From Balanoglossus misakiensis (lineage: Eukaryota; Animalia; Hemichordata), in contig CM082584.2 of NCBI GenBank assembly GCA_040954595.2, forward strand, positions 8,259,046 through 8,323,045: 64,000 bases of DNA, given 5' to 3'. Made by a program: the position numbers and the translations under genes. Under the pieces are notes generated by a model that was given only the letters and a program-made list of their open reading frames with translations, was not told where the DNA came from and did not search any database. Positions 57,101 through 64,000 of this stretch are shown here, one piece after another; the first letter of the stretch is position 1, and each line of letters begins with the position of its first letter.

Positions 57101-60100
57101 TCATTTTTGGATGATTTTCATGGGCTATAACCCATGGTTTTTTCAAAAAAATGAAGAAATTTTGATATTTCGCAAAGTCGAAAAATTGTCATTTTTGGAT
57201 GATTTTCATGGGCTATAACCCATGGTTTTTTCAAAAAAATGAAGAAATTTTGATATTTCGCAAAGTCGAAAAATTGTCATTTTTGGATGATTTTCATGGG
57301 CTATAACCCATGGTTTTTTTCAAAAAAATGAAGAAATTTTGATATTTCGCAAAGTCGAAAAATTGTCATTTTTGGATGATTTTCATGGGCTATAACCCAT
57401 GGTTTTTTCAAAAAAATGAAGAAATTTTGATATTTCGCAAAGTCGAAAAATTGTCATTTTTGGATGATTTTCATGGGCTATAACCCATGGTTTTTTCAAA
57501 AAAATGAAGAAATTTTGATATTTCGCAAAGTCGAAAAATTGTCATTTTTGGATGATTTTCATGGGCTATAACCCATGGTTTTTTCAAAAAAATGAAGAAA
57601 TTTTGATATTTCGCAAAGTCGAAAAATCGTCATTTTTGGATGATTTTCATGGGCTAAAACCCATGGTTTTTTCAAAAAATGAAGAAATTTTGATATTTCG
57701 CAAAGTCGAAAAATCGTCATTTTTGGATGATTTTCATGGGCTATAACCCATGGTTTTTTTCAAAAAAATGAAGAAATTTTGATATTTCGCAAAGTCGAAA
57801 AATTGTCATTTTTGGATGATTTTCATGGGCTATAACCCATGGTTTTTTTCAAAAAAATGAAGAAATTTTGATATTTCGCAAAGTCGAAAAATTGTCATTT
57901 TTGGATGATTTTCATGGGCTATAACCCATGGTTTTTTCAAAAAAATGAAGAAATTTTGATGTTTCGCAAAGTCGAAAAATTGTCATTTTTGGATGATTTT
58001 CATGGGCTATAACCCATGGTTTTTTCAAAAAAATGAAGAAATTTTGATGTTTCGCAAAGTCGAAAAATTGTCATTTTTGGATGATTTTCATGGGCTATAA
58101 CCCATGGTTTTTTCAAAAAAATGAAGAAATTTTGATATTTCGCAAAGTCGAAAAATTGTCATTTTTGGATGATTTTCATGGGCTATAACCCATGGTTTTT
58201 TTCAAAAAAATGAAGAAATTTTGATATTTCGCAAAGTCGAAAAATTGTCATTTTTGGATGATTTTCATGGGCTATAACCCATGGTTTTTTCAAAAAAATG
58301 AAGAAATTTTGATATTTCGCAAAGTCGAAAAATTGTCATTTTTGGATGATTTTCATGGGCTATAACCCATGGTTTTTTCAAAAAAATGAAGAAATTTTGA
58401 TATTTCGCAAAGTCGAAAAATTGTCATTTTTGGATGATTTTCATGGGCTATAACCCATGGTTTTTTCAAAAAAATGAAGAAATTTTGATATTTCGCAAAG
58501 TCGAAAAATTGTCATTTTTGGATGATTTTCATGGGCTATAACCCATGGTTTTTTCAAAAAAATGAAGAAATTTTGATATTTCGCAAAGTCGAAAAATTGT
58601 CATTTTTGGATGATTTTCATGGGCTATAACCCATGGTTTTTTCAAAAAAATGAAGAAATTTTGATATTTCGCAAAGTCGAAAAATTGTCATTTTTGGATG
58701 ATTTTCATGGGCTATAACCCATGGTTTTTTCAAAAAAAATGAAGAAATTTTGATATTTCGCAAAGTCGAAAAATTGTCATTTTTGGATGATTTTCATGGG
58801 CTATAACCCATGGTTTTTTCAAAAAAATGAAGAAATTTTGATATTTCGCAAAGTCGAAAAATTGTCATTTTTGGATGATTTTCATGGGCTATAACCCATG
58901 GTTTTTTCAAAAAAATGAAGAAATTTTGATATTTCGCAAAGTCGAAAAATTGTCATTTTTGGATGATTTTCATGGGCTATAACCCATGGTTTTTTCAAAA
59001 AATGAAGAAATTTTGATATTTCGCAAAGTCGAAAAATTGTCATTTTTGGATGATTTTCATGGGCTATAACCCATGGTTTTTTCAAAAAAATGAAGAAATT
59101 TTGATATTTCGCAAAGTCGAAAAATTGTCATTTTTGGATGATTTTCATGGGCTATAACCCATGGTTTTTTCAAAAAAATGAAGAAATTTTGATGTTTCGC
59201 AAAGTCGAAAAATTGTCATTTTTGGATGATTTTCATGGGCTATAACCCATGGTTTTTTCAAAAAAATGAAGAAATTTTGATATTTCGCAAAGTCGAAAAA
59301 TTGTCATTTTTGGATGATTTTCATGGGCTATAACCCATGGTTTTTTCAAAAAAATGAAGAAATTTTGATATTTCGCAAAGTCGAAAAATCGTCATTTTTG
59401 GATGATTTTCATGGGCTAAAACCCATGGTTTTTTCAAAAAAATGAAGAAATTTTGATATTTCGCAAAGTCGAAAAATCGTCATTTTTGGATGATTTTCAT
59501 GGGCTATAACCCATGGTTTTTTCAAAAAAATGAAGAAATTTTGATATTTCGCAAAGTCGAAAAATTGTCATTTTTGGATGATTTTCATGGGCTATAACCC
59601 ATGGTTTTTTTCAAAAAAATGAAGAAATTTTGATATTTCGCAAAGTCGAAAAATTGTCATTTTTGGATGATTTTCATGGGCTATAACCCATGGTTTTTTC
59701 AAAAAAAATGAAGAAATTTTGATATTTCGGCAAAGTCGAAAAATTGTCATTTTTGGATGATTTTCATGGGCTATAACCCATGGTTTTTTCAAAAAAATGA
59801 AGAAATTTTGATATTTCGCAAAGTCGAAAAATTGTCATTTTTGGATGATTTTCATGGGCTATAACCCATGGTTTTTTCAAAAAAATGAAGAAATTTTGAT
59901 GTTTCGCAAAGTCGAAAAATTGTCATTTTTGGATGATTTTCATGGGCTATAACCCATGGTTTTTTCAAAAAAATGAAGAAATTTTGATATTTCGCAAAGT
60001 CGAAAAATTGTCATTTTTGGATGATTTTCATGGGCTATAACCCATGGTTTTTTCAAAAAAATGAAGAAATTTTGATATTTCGCAAAGTCGAAAAATTGTC

Positions 60101-63100
60101 ATTTTTGGATGATTTTCATGGGCTATAACCCATGGTTTTTTCAAAAAAATGAAGAAATTTTGATATTTCGCAAAGTCGAAAAATTGTCATTTTTGGATGA
60201 TTTTCATGGGCTATAACCCATGGTTTTTTCAAAAAAATGAAGAAATTTTGATATTTCGCAAAGTCGAAAAATTGTCATTTTTGGATGATTTTCATGGGCT
60301 ATAACCCATGGTTTTTTCAAAAAAATGAAGAAATTTTGATATTTCGCAAAGTCGAAAAATTGTCATTTTTGGATGATTTTCATGGGCTATAACCCATGGT
60401 TTTTTAAAAAAAATGAAGAAATTTTGATATTTCGCAAAGTCGAAAAATTGTCATTTTTGGATGATTTTCATGGGCTAAAACCCATGGTTTTTTCAAAAAA
60501 ATGAAGAAATTTTGATATTTCGCAAAGTCGAAAAATTGTCATTTTGGATGATTTTCATGGGCTATAACCCATGGTTTTTTCAAAAAAATGAAGAAATTTT
60601 GATATTTCGCAAAGTCGAAAAATTGTCATTTTTGGATGATTTTCATGGGCTATAACCCATGGTTTTTTTAAAAAAATGAAGAAATTTTGATATTTCGCAA
60701 AGTCGAAAAATTGTCATTTTTGGATGATTTTCATGGGCTATAACCCATGGTTTTTTCAAAAAAATGAAGAAATTTTGATATTTCGCAAAGTCGAAAAATT
60801 GTCATTTTTGGATGATTTTTCATGGGCTATAACCCATGGTTTTTTCAAAAAAATGAAGAAATTTTGATATTTCGCAAAGTCGAAAAATTGTCATTTTTGG
60901 ATGATTTTCATGGGCTATAACCCATGGTTTTTTCAAAAAAATGAAGAAATTTTTGATATTTCGCAAAGTCGAAAAATTGTCATTTTTGGATGATTTTCAT
61001 GGGCTATAACCCATGGTTTTTTCAAAAAAATGAAGAAATTTTGATATTTCGCAAAGTCGAAAAATTGTCATTTTTGGATGATTTTCATGGGCTATAACCC
61101 ATGGTTTTTTCAAAAAAATGAAGAAATTTTGATATTTCGCAAAGTCGAAAAATTGTCATTTTTGGATGATTTTCATGGGCTATAACCCATGGTTTTTTTC
61201 AAAAAAATGAAGAAATTTTGATATTTCGCAAAGTCGAAAAATTGTCATTTTTGGATGATTTTCATGGGCTATAACCCATGGTTTTTTCAAAAAAATGAAG
61301 AAATTTTGATATTTCGCAAAGTCGAAAAATTGTCATTTTTGGATGATTTTCATGGGCTATAACCCATGGTTTTTTCAAAAAAATGAAGAAATTTTGATAT
61401 TTCGCAAAGTCGAAAAATTGTCATTTTTGGATGATTTTCATGGGCTATAACCCATGGTTTTTTCAAAAAAATGAAGAAATTTTGATATTTCGCAAAGTCG
61501 AAAAATTGTCATTTTTGGATGATTTTCATGGGCTATAACCCATGGTTTTTTCAAAAAAATGAAGAAATTTTGATATTTCGCAAAGTCGAAAAATTGTCAT
61601 TTTTGGATGATTTTCATGGGCTATAACCCATGGTTTTTTCAAAAAAATAAGAAATTTTGATATTTCGCAAAGTCGAAAATTGTCATTTTTGGATGATTTT
61701 CATGGGCTATAACCCATGGTTTTTTCAAAAAAATGAAGAAATTTTGATATTTCGCAAAGTCGAAAAATTGTCATTTTTGGATGATTTTCATGGGCTATAA
61801 CCCATGGTTTTTTCAAAAAAATGAAGAAATTTTGATATTTCGCAAAGTCGAAAAATTGTCATTTTTGGATGATTTTCATGGCTATAACCCATGGTTTTTT
61901 CAAAAAAATGAAGAAATTTTGATATTTCGCAAAGTCGAAAAATTGTCATTTTTGGATGATTTTCATGGGCTATAACCCATGGTTTTTTCAAAAAAATGAA
62001 GAAATTTTGATATTTCGCAAAGTCGAAAAATTGTCATTTTTGGATGATTTTCATGGGCTATAACCCATGGTTTTTCAAAAAAATGAAGAAATTTTGATAT
62101 TTCGCAAAGTCGAAAATTGTCATTTTTGGATGATTTTCATGGGCTATAACCCATGGTTTTTTCAAAAAAATGAAGAAATTTTGATATTTCGCAAAGTCGA
62201 AAAATTGTCATTTTTGGATGATTTTCATGGGCTATAACCCATGGTTTTTTCAAAAAAATGAAGAAATTTTGATATTTCGCAAAGTCGAAAAATTGTCATT
62301 TTTGGATGATTTTCATGGGCTATAACCATGGTTTTTTCAAAAAAAATGAAGAAATTTTGATATTTCGCAAAGTCGAAAAATTGTCATTTTTGGATGATTT
62401 TCATGGGCTATAACCCATGGTTTTTTCAAAAAAATGAAGAAATTTTGATATTTCGCAAAGTCGAAAAATTGTCATTTTTGGATGATTTTCATGGGCTATA
62501 ACCCATGGTTTTTTCAAAAAATGAAGAAATTTTGATATTTCGCAAAGTCGAAAAATTGTCATTTTTGGATGATTTTCATGGGCTATAACCCCATGGTTTT
62601 TTCAAAAAATGAAGAAATTTTGATATTTCGCAAAGTCGAAAAATTGTCATTTTTGGATGATTTTCATGGGCTATAACCCATGGTTTTTTCAAAAAAATGA
62701 AGAAATTTTGATATTTCGCAAAGTCGAAAAATTGTCATTTTTGGATGATTTTCATGGGCTATAACCCATGGTTTTTTCAAAAAATGAAGAAATTTTGATA
62801 TTTCGCAAAGTCGAAAATTGTCATTTTTGGATGATTTTCATGGGCTATAACCCATGGTTTTTTCAAAAAAATGAAGAAATTTTGATATTTCGCAAAGTCG
62901 AAAAATTGTCATTTTTGGATGATTTTCATGGGCTATAACCCATGGTTTTTTCAAAAAAATGAAGAAATTTTGATATTTCGCAAAGTCGAAAAATTGTCAT
63001 TTTTGGATGATTTTCATGGGCTATAACCCATGGTTTTTTCAAAAAAATGAAGAAATTTTGATATTTCGCAAAGTCGAAAAATTGTCATTTTTGGATGATT

Positions 63101-64000
63101 TTCATGGGCTATAACCCATGGTTTTTTCAAAAAAATGAAGAAATTTTGATATTTCGCAAAGTCGAAAAATTGTCATTTTTGGATGATTTTCATGGGCTAT
63201 AACCCATGGTTTTTCAAAAAAATGAAGAAATTTTGATATTTCGCAAAGTCGAAAAATTGTCATTTTTGGATGATTTTCATGGGCTATAACCCATGGTTTT
63301 TTCAAAAAAATGAAGAAATTTTGATATTTCGCAAAGTCGAAAATTGTCATTTTTGGATGATTTTCATGGGCTATAACCCATGGTTTTTTCAAAAAAATGA
63401 AGAAATTTTGATATTTCGCAAAGTCGAAAAATTGTCATTTTTGGATGATTTTCATGGGCTATAACCCATGGTTTTTTCAAAAAAATGAAGAAATTTTGAT
63501 ATTTCGCAAAGTCGAAAAATTGTCATTTTTGGATGATTTTCATGGGCTATAACCCATGGTTTTTTCAAAAAAATGAAGAAATTTTGAACTTTCGCAAAGT
63601 CGAAATATTGTCATTTTGGATGATTTTCATGGGCTACAACCCATGGTTTTTTCTCAAAAATGAAGAAATTTTGAACTTTCGCAAAGTCGAAAAATTGTCA
63701 TTTTTGGATGATTTTCATGGGCTATAACCCATGGTTTTTTCCAAAAAAATGAAGAAATTTTGATATTTCGCAAAGTCGAAAAATTGTCATTTTTGGATGA
63801 TTTTCATGGCTATAACCCATGGTTTTTCAAAAAAATGAAGAAATTTGAACTTTCGCAAAGTCGAAATATTGTCATTTTTGGATGATATTCATGGGCTACA
63901 ACCCATGGTTTTTTTCTCAAAAAATGAAGAAATTTTGAACTTTCGCAAAGTCGAAAAATTGTCATTTTTGGATGATTTTCATGGGCTATAACCCATGGTT
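42130..64000. repeat. Tandem satellite array, 88-bp monomer, roughly 250 copies, reaches the window end
   Basis: Consensus AAAAAAATGAAGAAATTTTGAT(A/C)TTTCGCAAAGTCGAAAAATTGTCATTTTTGGA(T/C)GATTTTCATGGGCTATAACCCATGGTTTTTTC; period measured from 43081 to 43169 = 88 bp; head-to-tail, with no unique spacers. Confidence 0.98.

Noticed and set aside
46272-63727. Repetitive ORFs (MKKPWVIAHENHPK..., MIFMGYNPWFFQK...) in the satellite
   Set aside because: 88 is not a multiple of 3; the ORFs arise only where single-base homopolymer indels (possibly sequencing errors) shift the frame.
42130-64000. CRISPR-like array
   Set aside because: Units are head-to-tail with no unique spacers, there are no cas genes, and the context is eukaryotic.

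Overview
Eukaryotic (animal, probably invertebrate) genomic DNA with spliceosomal GT-AG introns; all recognisable genes are on the + strand. In order: a vasculin/GPBP1-family gene (~0.8-5.7 kb); four tandem, intact short-chain dehydrogenase/reductase (SDR) paralogues resembling bacterial-type 3-hydroxybutyrate dehydrogenase (7.0-22.5 kb); a two-exon orphan gene for a predicted signal-peptide/furin-site/single-pass membrane protein (23.2-24.6 kb); and the first four exons of an alpha-arrestin (ARRDC/TXNIP family) gene (29.3-41.1 kb). A compound microsatellite and a ~22 kb array of an 88-bp satellite follow and run to the window end, apparently inside arrestin intron 4. Two small TA-flanked MITEs are also present. 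The main points of interest are: (1) only one of the four intact SDRs keeps the catalytic YxxxK tyrosine (the others have His, His and Ile); (2) the dyad-rich satellite has higher-order structure and matching diverged edges, and its monomer lacks sense-strand splice signals; (3) the orphan membrane proprotein. Exon structures were built by hand from splice sites and reading frame; no database searches were run.
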